From an uncultured Lentisphaerales bacterium (GTDB lineage: Bacteria; Verrucomicrobiota; Lentisphaeria; JABSQK01; JAJFLO01), in NCBI GenBank assembly GCA_964615975.1, contig CAZTTH010000008.1, positions 13,814 to 77,813 on the forward strand: DNA of 64,000 bases, written 5' to 3'. Made by a program: the position numbers and the translations under genes. The notes below the pieces were generated by a model. That model saw nothing but the letters and a program-made list of their open reading frames with translations. It had not been told where the DNA came from and made no database searches. Shown piece after piece: positions 35,604 to 48,410 of the stretch (position 1 is the stretch's first letter; each line of letters opens with the position of its first letter).

Positions 35604-36794
35604 ATGAATACCGATAATAAACGAGGTAAATATATCTATTTCGACAATGCCGCGTCGACTCCGATGGTTCCCTGCCAGCGAGCGGATTATCTTCAGCTCC
35701 TGTCTGATTATTATGCCAACCCAACTGCGCTGCATAAGCTGGGACGTTCCATAAAGAATGAGATTTCTCGAAGCGAAGAAATGTTTCTCCGGCAACCGGG
35801 ATTTGAAAATGAAAAAGTAAATATCATCTGGACCAGTGGCGCCACGGAAGCCAATAATTTGGCGATACTTGGTTATGCCGCCACCTTCAAAAAGGCGGCG
35901 GATTTCACCGCGGTCAGCCTAAAGACCGAACATGCGTCCATTTATCAACCGCTTCTGTATCTTCAGGGACGTGGAGCGCAGGTGAAATGGGCTGCAATCG
36001 ATAACCATGGCCATATGGATGTCAATCATTTTGCTGAGATGCTCGATCATAAAACCAATTTAATCGCACTCTCCGCAGTCAATAATGAGATCGGTGTCAT
36101 GGCGGATTTGACGGCACTGAGAAATATGATTTCCTTACATGCGCCCGAAGCCAGATTGCTTGTTGATGGTGTTCAGTCGATGGGAAAATTTCTCCTCCCC
36201 TGGCATGCGGCAGGTATTGATATGCTGACGCTTTCTGGTCACAAGATCCACGGGCCAGGTGGTATCGGAGCCTTATTGACACGTCAGGATCGGGTCACAT
36301 TACACCCCTTATTCCACGGCGGTGAACAGCAGGATGGCATTCGTTCCGGCAGTCTCGATGCGCCGGCGATTCTCGGCTTCCTGAATACGGCCGCCTGCTG
36401 GCATACCCGATGGCGGCAGGAATCGGAACAACGCGTTATCAAACTTCGTGAATTATTGCTTGACGGATTAACCCGCATGAAGGATGCGCGAGGCAGCCAG
36501 ATCGAATGCCACATCAACTCTCCTGAAAATGCTTCTCCCTATATAATCAGCCTGAGTTTTCCGCACTACGATGGCGCGGTATTGATGCGGATGCTGGGAG
36601 AACAGGATATCATTGTCGGAACCGGCAGCGCTTGCGCCGCCGGCGCTAAAAAGCCCAACCGGGTGTTGACCGCTTTGGGATTGTCGTCGCGCCGGATTAG
36701 CGGAACCATCCGGATCAGCTTTGGCATCCAGAACACCGAAGCGGATGTACTCCGTTTTTTGGCGGCATTGGAGACCATTTTGATTCGTTATTAA
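35604..36794 (+). CDS. cysteine desulfurase / class V aminotransferase
   Basis: SGHKIHGPGGIGAL (PLP lysine) and a C-terminal SGSACAAG-type active-site loop (GTGSACAAG). Confidence 0.8.
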   Translation: MNTDNKRGKYIYFDNAASTPMVPCQRADYLQLLSDYYANPTALHKLGRSIKNEISRSEEMFLRQPGFENEKVNIIWTSGATEANNLAILGYAATFKKAADFTAVSLKTEHASIYQPLLYLQGRGAQVKWAAIDNHGHMDVNHFAEMLDHKTNLIALSAVNNEIGVMADLTALRNMISLHAPEARLLVDGVQSMGKFLLPWHAAGIDMLTLSGHKIHGPGGIGALLTRQDRVTLHPLFHGGEQQDGIRSGSLDAPAILGFLNTAACWHTRWRQESEQRVIKLRELLLDGLTRMKDARGSQIECHINSPENASPYIISLSFPHYDGAVLMRMLGEQDIIVGTGSACAAGAKKPNRVLTALGLSSRRISGTIRISFGIQNTEADVLRFLAALETILIRY

Positions 36795-36802
36795 CCGATG
36801 AG

Positions 36803-36833
36803 ATTGGCTAAGCTGCAATGACAGCCAATTTTC
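36803..36833 (+). terminator. weak candidate intrinsic terminator after the cysteine desulfurase gene
   Basis: 7-bp stem ATTGGCT / AGCCAAT with a 13-nt loop, followed by TTTT. Confidence 0.3.
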
Positions 36834-36896
36834 AAGTGATAGTTCGATCCTATTGCAGAGCGCATTTTTGAGGATAATTGGAAGAATCGATCTCCC

Positions 36897-37622
36897 TCAG
36901 GTGCGGCGTTGATTGCCAAAAAGTTCGATGTGGGCGCGGGGCGTGTATTTCCACCCATGCTTGAAGCACATGGCAAGGCATTTTTTGCCATTGTTGGCAA
37001 GCGTTTCCGGGGTTATCCCCTGGGGCATGAGGTAGATATCGGGATCGTTGTGCGCATGCAAGTCGGCAAGAATTTGGAGGATTTCACTTTCATCATTCTC
37101 ATTGTCGATGACAAATTTAAACTGATGGGGATAATTTTTACACCAGAAACGCAGTGCTTCGGGGTGATAACGAACCTGTTGATGCAGCTCGGTATAAGGA
37201 GTATTCAATGGCGTCGAACTCGCTAATTTTGGTGATAAGGTGACAAAATCGAAAGGCAGGTAGTGCGCGATGGTGCCGTTGGTTTCCAGCATCAGGGTAA
37301 AATCATGCTGATGTAAGGCGCAAAGCAACTCTTTCAGCGCCGGTTGCAGCAATGGTTCGCCGCCGGTTATGATGATCAAGTCAATCACCGGATGGCGTGC
37401 CTGTAGTGCAAGAACCATCGCCAAGGCATTATCGACAGAAAGAAAGTTCGCTTCCGCCTGCCAGGACGTATAAGGGGTGTCACATGGGTTGGTTTGCCAC
37501 TGACAGCGGAGATTGCATCCGGAGGTGCGGATAAAAATAGCCGGATGACCAAGGTATTTTCCTTCACCCTGTATGGTCACAAAAATATCACTGATGTTGA
37601 TTTTGTCGGATGCAATCGGCAT
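36897..37622 (-). CDS. queE: 7-carboxy-7-deazaguanine synthase (radical SAM)
   Basis: TIQGEGKYLGHPAIFIRTSGCNLRCQW...CDTPYT. Confidence 0.8.
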   Translation of the reverse strand: MPIASDKINISDIFVTIQGEGKYLGHPAIFIRTSGCNLRCQWQTNPCDTPYTSWQAEANFLSVDNALAMVLALQARHPVIDLIIITGGEPLLQPALKELLCALHQHDFTLMLETNGTIAHYLPFDFVTLSPKLASSTPLNTPYTELHQQVRYHPEALRFWCKNYPHQFKFVIDNENDESEILQILADLHAHNDPDIYLMPQGITPETLANNGKKCLAMCFKHGWKYTPRAHIELFGNQRRT

Positions 37623-37667
37623 GACGGAATAAGACTCACGCAGTTGATTATGGGGCTGGCGCTGTTT

Positions 37668-38105
37668 TCAGGCAATAAAATCTGCCCAGGAATTCGGGGT
37701 TTCATACAGACGCAGTTTGTCAATCTGCAACCGGTTGGGAAGATGGGAGACAAGCGCGCGATAACACCATCCAGAAATATTTTCAGCGGTCGGGATGAAG
37801 GGAACACTGATTGCTTTGAAATCGCCGCGATGTTGTTGATTGAAAAACTCATAGAGGATGGAATCATTTTCGTAGAACATGAACGCATGATCCAGCACAT
37901 CATGGATGTTTTCCATGATGACTTTTTTGATGTCGCCAAAATCCATGACCATTCCTTCCGAACTGTTCCCGGGTATTTCAATCAGGTCGCCATTGAGTGT
38001 CACTTCCAAACGATAGCGATGTCCATGGAGATTGCGGCATTTGCTATTGTGATTCGGAACCCGATGCCCCATATCCCATTCGATACATTTGGTTATTTTT
38101 ATCAT
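37668..38105 (-). CDS. queD: 6-carboxytetrahydropterin synthase
   Basis: GHRVPNHNSKCRNLHGHRY motif. The start is chosen at the internal Met (MIKITKC), giving about 145 aa. The ORF-track start is 38186. Confidence 0.8.
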   Translation of the reverse strand: MIKITKCIEWDMGHRVPNHNSKCRNLHGHRYRLEVTLNGDLIEIPGNSSEGMVMDFGDIKKVIMENIHDVLDHAFMFYENDSILYEFFNQQHRGDFKAISVPFIPTAENISGWCYRALVSHLPNRLQIDKLRLYETPNSWADFIA

Positions 38106-38375
38106 GATCTTGAATACAATTTTTTTTATGGTGTGGTATTGTTTAAACCCTTGGTTATAATTCAATCTTGTGCGATATTCATACAAGACAATAAGGATTT
38201 ATCTGTTTGTTTACTTGGTGTGTAAGTAAATACAATTTTGCCGTTGAAATTGACAGTATAAAATCAGTCGGCTAATGTACGGCGTTTTATTTATTAATTA
38301 TGACATTAGTTGTTTTCGTGCTTGCTGGCAAGCCGGGAATAACATAATCAATAATACAGAAAAGGGGTATTATTT

Positions 38376-39125
38376 ATGAGCGACAAAAATAATCAGACAG
38401 GAGATGAAGCCGCTATTTTGCGCCGGCTGGAAAGTTTGGAAACACAAATTACGCGCCATGACGATTTGCAGGTAAAGTTAAAATACATTTCATTGTCGGG
38501 TCTTTTTCTGGTACTCTTTTTCTTCCTGCTATTTGTGTATCGTCTGATCAACTATGTACGGCATTACGAGGTAAATATCTTGATTGACAATTTGCGGGCT
38601 CAGTCCATGGAAGTTGTAAAACCGGAAATAGAATTGTTTTTAAATGATCTTCGTTCTGATTTGTTGCCGACATTCTCGAAACAATTAACCGATGAATTTG
38701 ATAAACAAATGCCTTTGCTTAAAGATACGACGTTGGAATTGGGGCATCGGCTTGAAGAAAAAGTTCGTCTTCATGCTGAAGAGCGGTTAGTTGAATCAAT
38801 GATCACTGGTTTGGAGTCCAGCGAAAAGGAAATCCAGATCATTTTTCCGGCATTCACCGCCGAGAATTTGGAAAAACAAATCGGTCAATCCATGACTTAC
38901 TATGTCGACACTCTGCATGATTCGCTGGAAGAACGAATCGCGTACATCTCATCCAGCATCGAAACGCTTAAATCATCGATCATGGAACTGGGTAAATCTG
39001 ATGCCATGAAGGATCATGTTCCCACTACCAAGGAGCAGGCGGAAGCTCAAGTGTTGGATTCAATTCTCGATTTGGTTGTATATGAAATTAAACCCGAGCT
39101 CGGCGATGAACCGGTAAAAAAATAA
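38376..39125 (+). CDS. hypothetical single-pass membrane protein with an N-terminal coiled coil
   Basis: Coiled-coil leader, TM segment LSGLFLVLFFFLLFVY, then a helical domain. No family recognised. Confidence 0.55.
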   Translation: MSDKNNQTGDEAAILRRLESLETQITRHDDLQVKLKYISLSGLFLVLFFFLLFVYRLINYVRHYEVNILIDNLRAQSMEVVKPEIELFLNDLRSDLLPTFSKQLTDEFDKQMPLLKDTTLELGHRLEEKVRLHAEERLVESMITGLESSEKEIQIIFPAFTAENLEKQIGQSMTYYVDTLHDSLEERIAYISSSIETLKSSIMELGKSDAMKDHVPTTKEQAEAQVLDSILDLVVYEIKPELGDEPVKK

Positions 39126-39141
39126 TAGAAAGAGGTGAACC

Positions 39142-39951
39142 ATGAGTAAAATAGCGGATAAAATTTCGACTCTGGAAACGCTCCTGAATCAAAAGGAGAC
39201 AAAACTAAAGAAAAAGATCACCAACACCCTGATTATTTATGCGGTATTGGTTGCCGTCGTTGCTGGTTACACTCTGTGGATTGTCCCGAAACTCAAGGAA
39301 ATCACCAGCACCCAAGCCATGACAGAAATCATTTTAACTGAGGTTTCTGAGTTATTATCTAAAATGAGGACGAATTTTACTGATGAGGTGCACGCTAATT
39401 CGTCCGTCTGGGCAGTCGAAATAGTCAAGCAATCCATTGAAGCCATTCCTCAGGTGGAAGAGCCTCTCCTTGAAAAGGCGGATGCCATGATAGATTACCT
39501 GGCACAGCATTTGGAAAATCAGTTGATCCCCTCATTTACCGATTTTCTGCGTGAAAATTCAGTGGAATTACGCGAACGTTACGCTGAGTTCAAGGATGAG
39601 GAAATGATGCAGGGGCTATCGCTCATATTTGTGGAAACCATCGAAACCGAGATCGATCAATACTTAAATGATTATCTCATTAAGGAAATATCCCATTTGC
39701 GGAATCAGATCCGCCAGTTGAATCAGGGCAAGAAAATATTAACAAAAAGGGATGAGGCACAACGAAATTTAATCGTCTCATGGGTTTATCTGACGGAAAA
39801 TCATGCGGATGAAGGGTCAATATTGAGTGATTGTTTAAGCAGAGTAAAAGATCGTTGCATGAGTATGTTTACCATCGAGAATATGAATGTCAAGGAACTT
39901 ATGGAAGCCGAACCAGAGGATGTTGAAGGCGTTGGCGAAGTCTATGAATAA
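39142..39951 (+). CDS. hypothetical single-pass membrane protein, same architecture as the upstream gene
   Basis: Coiled-coil leader and TM segment LIIYAVLVAVVAGYTLWIV. There is weak similarity to its neighbour (LLPTFSKQL versus LIPSFTDFL). Confidence 0.55.
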   Translation: MSKIADKISTLETLLNQKETKLKKKITNTLIIYAVLVAVVAGYTLWIVPKLKEITSTQAMTEIILTEVSELLSKMRTNFTDEVHANSSVWAVEIVKQSIEAIPQVEEPLLEKADAMIDYLAQHLENQLIPSFTDFLRENSVELRERYAEFKDEEMMQGLSLIFVETIETEIDQYLNDYLIKEISHLRNQIRQLNQGKKILTKRDEAQRNLIVSWVYLTENHADEGSILSDCLSRVKDRCMSMFTIENMNVKELMEAEPEDVEGVGEVYE

Positions 39952-40035
39952 CAGAACATTCCCGGGCTGTGTCGTCAGATATCAGTTTAGTTAATTTGTT
40001 TACAACACGCGAATTCAATATGAGTATGATCGATA

Positions 40036-41370
40036 ATGTCAATCTTAATACCACGACTGAGAAAGACATGTATCTGCATAGTGTTAGGGCATAGTTTTAT
40101 TGGCAATGTAAAAGTATGTGAAGGCGGAACCCATTCAGGGGGTTCCGCCTTCTTTTTGTCGCCATACGCCACCCAGCTGATTCTCCCTGGTGAAAGTTCA
40201 TTGCCTGTTTCCGCTGAAAAATCATCTTCTTCATCCGCAACCCCAAACTGTTATCCCGAGTGGGCATTGGCACAGAGATCGAATGCGGATTCTTCTTTGC
40301 ATACTTCAAGTCCAGACCAAGGTGACGATGTTCTGTTTCAACGTTCGGTTACGATCTCAGATATTGAAGAGTATTTACAGGCATCCGATAATGCACTGGA
40401 TATTGGCTACGCGAACTTATTGATTGGCAAGGTGTTTGAACCACGCTTGAATGTCAAGAATTATCTTGATTTCATTGATAAGATGTTGGAGACCATAAAA
40501 GATAAATCAGGGCGAAGCAATAAACCGGAAACGGTCATCGCCGCTATCAATCAATGCTTTTATGAAGACCATCGTTTTACGGCAGTTATTGATCCATTTC
40601 CGGAGGATTTCCTGATCAATAATTTGGTGGATAATAAACAGGGAAGATGCATGTCGCTGGTGGCTCTTTATCTCGCTGTGGCGAAACGGCTAAAAGTACC
40701 GGTAGTGGCCTTATGCATACCCGAACATATATATGCTCGCTGGGAGATCGACAAAGGAGTCCGGAGGATTTTTTCCCGTGGACCGGATTACGTTAATATC
40801 GAAACGACCCTGAAAGGCAGTAATTATTCAGATAAGCATTATTTGGAGATGCTTGGATCCAACCCCGCGGAATTGCATGGGGAGTTCTACCTTCGCCCGT
40901 TGTCACCGAAGGAAACAATCGCGACTTATTTAAGCCCCTTAGGCAGCCTTCTGCGCGATCAAGGACGTTTGGATGAAGCGATTTCAGCGTGTCGGCTTGC
41001 GGTTAAAATTAATCCTGGAGATGCGGAAGCATGGAATAATCTGGGCATGTCTTATCGGCGCAAGGAGATGAAGGACCTGGCAATGACTTCCTACCAGAGA
41101 GCGGTGGAAGTATATCCTAGATTCGCCGAAGCCTGGCATAATATGGGAAGTATTCAGGATGAACACAGCAAGCGCATCGAATATTTTAAAAAAGCCATTA
41201 CCATTAAACCTCAATTTGTCGAAGCCTGGCGTAATCTGGTCATTGCTTATTATGAAAACCAGAATTATCAAATGGCCATGGCATGTGCTAATCAATGCCG
41301 CTCCCTCGGTTATGAATTACCTGGAGAATTGCTCAATAAAATCCAGCGGCATTTGAATGCGGCAAAATGA
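40036..41370 (+). CDS. TPR-repeat protein with a transglutaminase-like/SirB1-type N-terminal domain (start uncertain)
   Basis: QGRCMSLVALYLAVAKRLKVPV...IPEHIYARW core, followed by TPR repeats (AEAWNNLGMSY, AEAWHNMG, VEAWRNL). The listed start lies upstream of a strong terminator, so the true start is probably after about 40160. Confidence 0.6.
   Translation: MSILIPRLRKTCICIVLGHSFIGNVKVCEGGTHSGGSAFFLSPYATQLILPGESSLPVSAEKSSSSSATPNCYPEWALAQRSNADSSLHTSSPDQGDDVLFQRSVTISDIEEYLQASDNALDIGYANLLIGKVFEPRLNVKNYLDFIDKMLETIKDKSGRSNKPETVIAAINQCFYEDHRFTAVIDPFPEDFLINNLVDNKQGRCMSLVALYLAVAKRLKVPVVALCIPEHIYARWEIDKGVRRIFSRGPDYVNIETTLKGSNYSDKHYLEMLGSNPAELHGEFYLRPLSPKETIATYLSPLGSLLRDQGRLDEAISACRLAVKINPGDAEAWNNLGMSYRRKEMKDLAMTSYQRAVEVYPRFAEAWHNMGSIQDEHSKRIEYFKKAITIKPQFVEAWRNLVIAYYENQNYQMAMACANQCRSLGYELPGELLNKIQRHLNAAK
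40120..40157 (+). terminator. rho-independent terminator
   Basis: A perfect 13-bp stem GAAGGCGGAACCC / GGGTTCCGCCTTC with a 7-nt loop, followed by TTTTTGT. Confidence 0.75.
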
Positions 41371-41585
41371 TTCCTTTCGTAGAACATGCTTGTAACAGGT
41401 ATACCGCAATGCATCAGTTGATGCTGCAGTGGAGTACGAACTAAATTGGTGTTGAATTAAAGATTGCATGAATTTCAACATAACGATCAAATTCCCAACA
41501 CTTTCTGCTCCGATAGTGACGATAATCAAGTTCTCTCGCATGCGGGTTCAATAAACGCGAAGAGAGCGTTAAACTTATATTAATC

Positions 41586-42890
41586 TTGAGAGACATGGCT
41601 GCAATTATTTTGAGAAATGGGCGGGTGGTCGATCCATACACCGGTAAGGATACCGTCCGCGATATTGGGATCTGCGGAAGCACCTTGGTATTGCCTCAAG
41701 AAATTGAATCAGATCCGCAGCTTCACACATTCGATCTTTCCGGTATGATCGTGGCGCCGGGACTGATTGATATACATGTGCATTTACGAGAACCTGGTTT
41801 TGCATATAAGGAGACAATTGCCACCGGCACCGCCGCGGCTGCCGCGGGAGGCTTTACCACAATTGTTGCCATGCCCAATACCAACCCCGCTATCGATACC
41901 ATCGCCCGGGTTACCGATTTGCAGCATCGCATTGATGAAAGCGCCCTCATCGCGACTCATATCACCGCATGCATCACCCGGGATCGCGCCGGCGAGGAAT
42001 TGACTGATATAGCGAGATTAAAACAACAAACCAAAATCGTCGCGTTATCCGATGACGGGGACTGTGTCCAGGATTATGGTCTGATGAAAGCAGCGGCACG
42101 GCTTGCCAGAGAAAATGATCTTCCAATCATGGATCATTGTGAAGATCATTTCCTTAGTAAAAACGGGGTAATGCGGGCCGGACCAATATCCCAAAGTATG
42201 CGTCTGCCTGGAATGCCAGGAGAAACCGAAAGCAATATCGTTGCCCGCAATATCCAATTGAGTCGGGAAACCGGTGCTCATTTCCACCAGCAACACCTGA
42301 GTTACAAGGAATCAGTTCGGCTTCTTCGTTGCGCTCGTCAGGAAGGATTGCCGGTTTCCGGTGAAGCTTCACCACATCATTTGACACTTACCCATGACCT
42401 GGTACCCATCCTGGGAACCAATGCCAAGATGAATCCACCGCTGGGGACTGAAGAGGATCGCCAGGCTTTGATCGCGGCAGTATTGGATGGCACGATCGAT
42501 ATCATTGCCACCGATCATGCTCCACACGCGTCTTGGGAAAAGGCGCGAGATTGGGGCGCGGCCCCCTTCGGCATCCTTGGTCTGGAAACTGCTTTACCAC
42601 TCGTCCTTACTGAACTTTATGGTAAACATCACATGGACTTGATGGCGTTGTTGTCGCGATTTACGCTAGGACCAGCCAATTTATTGCATCTGCCTAAAGA
42701 CGGTTTGATACCAGGTGCGCCCGCAAACCTGGTTATTTTTGACCTCACTCAATCATTCCCGCTGGATATTACAAACTCCCGGTCGCGCTCCCGAAATTCT
42801 CCCTTTCATCACAAACAGGTCATCGGTAAAATCATGGGGACCATGTCAAACGGCCGATGGGTCTACCAACATCAGGACTTTTCCTCCTAA
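41586..42890 (+). CDS. pyrC: dihydroorotase
   Basis: GLIDIHVHLREPG, the TTIVAMPNT stretch, and ATDHAPH. The likely start is ATG 41595. Confidence 0.85.
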   Translation: MRDMAAIILRNGRVVDPYTGKDTVRDIGICGSTLVLPQEIESDPQLHTFDLSGMIVAPGLIDIHVHLREPGFAYKETIATGTAAAAAGGFTTIVAMPNTNPAIDTIARVTDLQHRIDESALIATHITACITRDRAGEELTDIARLKQQTKIVALSDDGDCVQDYGLMKAAARLARENDLPIMDHCEDHFLSKNGVMRAGPISQSMRLPGMPGETESNIVARNIQLSRETGAHFHQQHLSYKESVRLLRCARQEGLPVSGEASPHHLTLTHDLVPILGTNAKMNPPLGTEEDRQALIAAVLDGTIDIIATDHAPHASWEKARDWGAAPFGILGLETALPLVLTELYGKHHMDLMALLSRFTLGPANLLHLPKDGLIPGAPANLVIFDLTQSFPLDITNSRSRSRNSPFHHKQVIGKIMGTMSNGRWVYQHQDFSS

Positions 42891-42950
42891 TTTTTGATGC
42901 ATTTTCATAAGCAAAATTAATTCTCTTTATTTCTCGTTGCCGGGGTATGA

Positions 42951-45701
<2,751 letters not shown>

Positions 45702-45819
45702 TTGGGAATTGTCTGGATGATAAATCCGCCCGATGGAATTATTATCCGGGGACGAATACAACATGATGATGCTTATATGTTCATAAGCGCATCTTTATCA
45801 AAGAGCGAAGCAATAATCT

Positions 45820-48405
45820 ATGGCTAACGAACCGGACCACAGCAAAGGCTATATTGACGTCAATATCGAAGATATCATGCATTCGGCATATCTGCAGTAT
45901 TCGCTGAGTGTCAATATCGGCCGCGCAATTCCCGATGTCCGTGATGGCTTGAAGCCCGGCAACCGCCGCATTCTCTACGCCATGCGGCAATTGGGACTTA
46001 CCCATACTCATGCCTATACCAAATGCGCCAAGGTTGTCGGGGAAGTAATTGGTAATTATCATCCGCATGGAGATCAATCGATTTATGATACCATGGTGCG
46101 CATGGCGCAGGATTTTTCCCAGCGTTATATGCTGATCGATGGGCAGGGAAATTTCGGCAGTATCGATGGCGATGCGGCGGCGGCATATCGCTATACGGAG
46201 TGTCGGCTGAAACGATTGGCGGAAGAATTGTTGACCGATTTGGATAAAGACACGGTTGAGATGATCCCTAATTTCGATGAGAGCCTGCTTGAACCAACCG
46301 TATTGCCTGCCGGTTTTCCCAATCTCCTGGTCAATGGCTCCACTGGTATTGGGGTTGGCATGGCCACCAATATTCCTCCTCACAATCTGGGAGAGGTTAT
46401 CGACGGCATTGTTAAATTGATCGATGAGCCGGCAACCACCTCCAAGGAATTAATGATGTTGATTCAAGGTCCGGACTTTCCCACCGGCGCCATGATTATC
46501 GGCCGTCAGCCAATCATTGATCTATACGAAACCGGACATGGGATCATCAAGGTGCGGGCTAAAGCGACCATTGATGAAACCGAAACTGGTCGTGAACGCA
46601 TTGTCGTTACTGAAATTCCCTATATGGTCAACAAGGAATCATTGCAAAAACGCATTGCTGAATTAGTCAATAAAAAAGTTATTCCCGGCATTTTCGCGAT
46701 GCGAGATGAATCGAGCAGCCGGACGGGGATTCGTCTGGTAATCGAAGTCAAGAACAACGAACGTGCGGATATCGTACTTAATCAGCTTTACAAGCATTCA
46801 CAATTACAGACCAGTTTTGGCGCCACATTCATGGTCGTCAGTAACAATCGTCCCGTGACCATGAATCTGTCGCAGTTGTTGCAGGCTTACATCGACCACC
46901 GCCTGGAAATCATTACTCGCCGCTCCCAATTCGAGCTGGAGAAAGCTCAGGCCAAAGCGCATATCCTTGAAGGACTGATCAAAGCTGTTGATAATATCGA
47001 TATTGTCATTGCCATTATCCGAAGTGCCAGGGATCGGGAGGACGCGGCCGGACAGTTGATTATCCGTTTTGAACTATCCCGCAAACAGACCATGGCAATC
47101 CTGGAAATGCGGCTCCATCAATTGACGAGCCTGGCACGGGAGGAGTTGATCAAGGATTACAATGAGACCATGTCGCGCATTGAGTATTTGAAAAGTCTGT
47201 TAGCCACCAAGGAATTGCGCATTGAGGTGGTTAAGCAGGAATTGATTGATATCAAAAATAAGTATTCCGATCCACGGCGCACTGAAATTATTGCTGCTGA
47301 AACCGATATCAACATCGAAGATCTTATTACCCGTTCAATCTGTGCCATCACAATTTCCAATACCGGTTACATCAAGCGCCTGCCTTTGGATGAATTCCGC
47401 GTTCAACGGCGCGGCGGTGTTGGCGTCAGTGTCATGCAGACCAAGGAAGATGACTTTGTCCGGCAGGTACTTTCAGCATGTACCCATGATTATATCATGT
47501 TCTTTACTAATAAAGGGTTAATGCATTGGCTCAAGGTTTATGAAATTCCAGAGGGGATGCGCGCGGCGCGCGGCAAGGCAATCGTCAATCTGGTGGGAGT
47601 TCAGCAGGATGAACAGATTCGTGCACTCATTACGGTTACAGAAGTCGATGTGGATGATCTGTTTATCATCCTTGCCACGCGGCGCGGGATTATCAAAAAG
47701 ATGAAATTGTCCCTGTTTCGCAAAATGCGAAAAAAAGGCATTATCGCTGTCACCCTCAAAGAGGGAGATGATGTGATCGATGTCCGCCTGGCTCGTCAGG
47801 ACGATCAAGTCATGCTCTTTACATCGTTGGGCAAGGTTTGCCGTTGTCCGATTCGTGAAATTCCCGTAAGATCCCGTATTGGTATTGGAGTGATCGGGAT
47901 TCGTTTGCGTGGCGGCGATGAGGTGGTGTCACTCCTGGTGGTAAATCCCGGCGATGAGATTTTAAATATTACCAGCAGGGGCATGGGGAAACGCAGTCAG
48001 ATCGGTTCGGGAATAAGCGAAGAAGACGCGGAAATTGGGGGTGGTTATCGCTTGACCCGCCGGGGCGGCACCGGGGTGCGTTCAATGTCATTGCGTGAAG
48101 GCGACCGGGTGATGGGAGCGTCGTTGGTGCAGGCTCATGATGAGTTGATGATTACCACCATGTATGGCAATATAGTCCGTATCAATACCGATGAAATTCG
48201 CACCATCGGGCGCTCTTCCAAAGGAGTCCGGCTCATCAATTTACGCGAAGGCGATACCGTCATGGGCATGGCCATTATCCAGCAGATGGATGATGAAGAT
48301 GGTCAGGGAACCAGTGAAGCCGGAGATGACCGCATTGCAGCCGCCTCCGTCCCGCCCGCGCTCCCCCCGGCGACCCCGGAATTGCCCGAACCGGATGAAG
48401 ATTAA
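45820..48405 (+). CDS. gyrA: DNA gyrase subunit A
   Basis: [31 protein letters not shown], the catalytic AAAYRYTE stretch, and GyrA-box beta-pinwheel repeats. Confidence 0.95.
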   Translation: MANEPDHSKGYIDVNIEDIMHSAYLQYSLSVNIGRAIPDVRDGLKPGNRRILYAMRQLGLTHTHAYTKCAKVVGEVIGNYHPHGDQSIYDTMVRMAQDFSQRYMLIDGQGNFGSIDGDAAAAYRYTECRLKRLAEELLTDLDKDTVEMIPNFDESLLEPTVLPAGFPNLLVNGSTGIGVGMATNIPPHNLGEVIDGIVKLIDEPATTSKELMMLIQGPDFPTGAMIIGRQPIIDLYETGHGIIKVRAKATIDETETGRERIVVTEIPYMVNKESLQKRIAELVNKKVIPGIFAMRDESSSRTGIRLVIEVKNNERADIVLNQLYKHSQLQTSFGATFMVVSNNRPVTMNLSQLLQAYIDHRLEIITRRSQFELEKAQAKAHILEGLIKAVDNIDIVIAIIRSARDREDAAGQLIIRFELSRKQTMAILEMRLHQLTSLAREELIKDYNETMSRIEYLKSLLATKELRIEVVKQELIDIKNKYSDPRRTEIIAAETDINIEDLITRSICAITISNTGYIKRLPLDEFRVQRRGGVGVSVMQTKEDDFVRQVLSACTHDYIMFFTNKGLMHWLKVYEIPEGMRAARGKAIVNLVGVQQDEQIRALITVTEVDVDDLFIILATRRGIIKKMKLSLFRKMRKKGIIAVTLKEGDDVIDVRLARQDDQVMLFTSLGKVCRCPIREIPVRSRIGIGVIGIRLRGGDEVVSLLVVNPGDEILNITSRGMGKRSQIGSGISEEDAEIGGGYRLTRRGGTGVRSMSLREGDRVMGASLVQAHDELMITTMYGNIVRINTDEIRTIGRSSKGVRLINLREGDTVMGMAIIQQMDDEDGQGTSEAGDDRIAAASVPPALPPATPELPEPDED

Positions 48406-48410
48406 CCGCA

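Noticed and set aside
40036-40160. Annotated ATG start of the TPR/transglutaminase-like protein.
   Set aside because: The first ~40 codons run straight through a perfect 13-bp-stem intrinsic terminator (40120-40157). The real start is probably a downstream alternative codon, so the CDS 5' end is left as uncertain.
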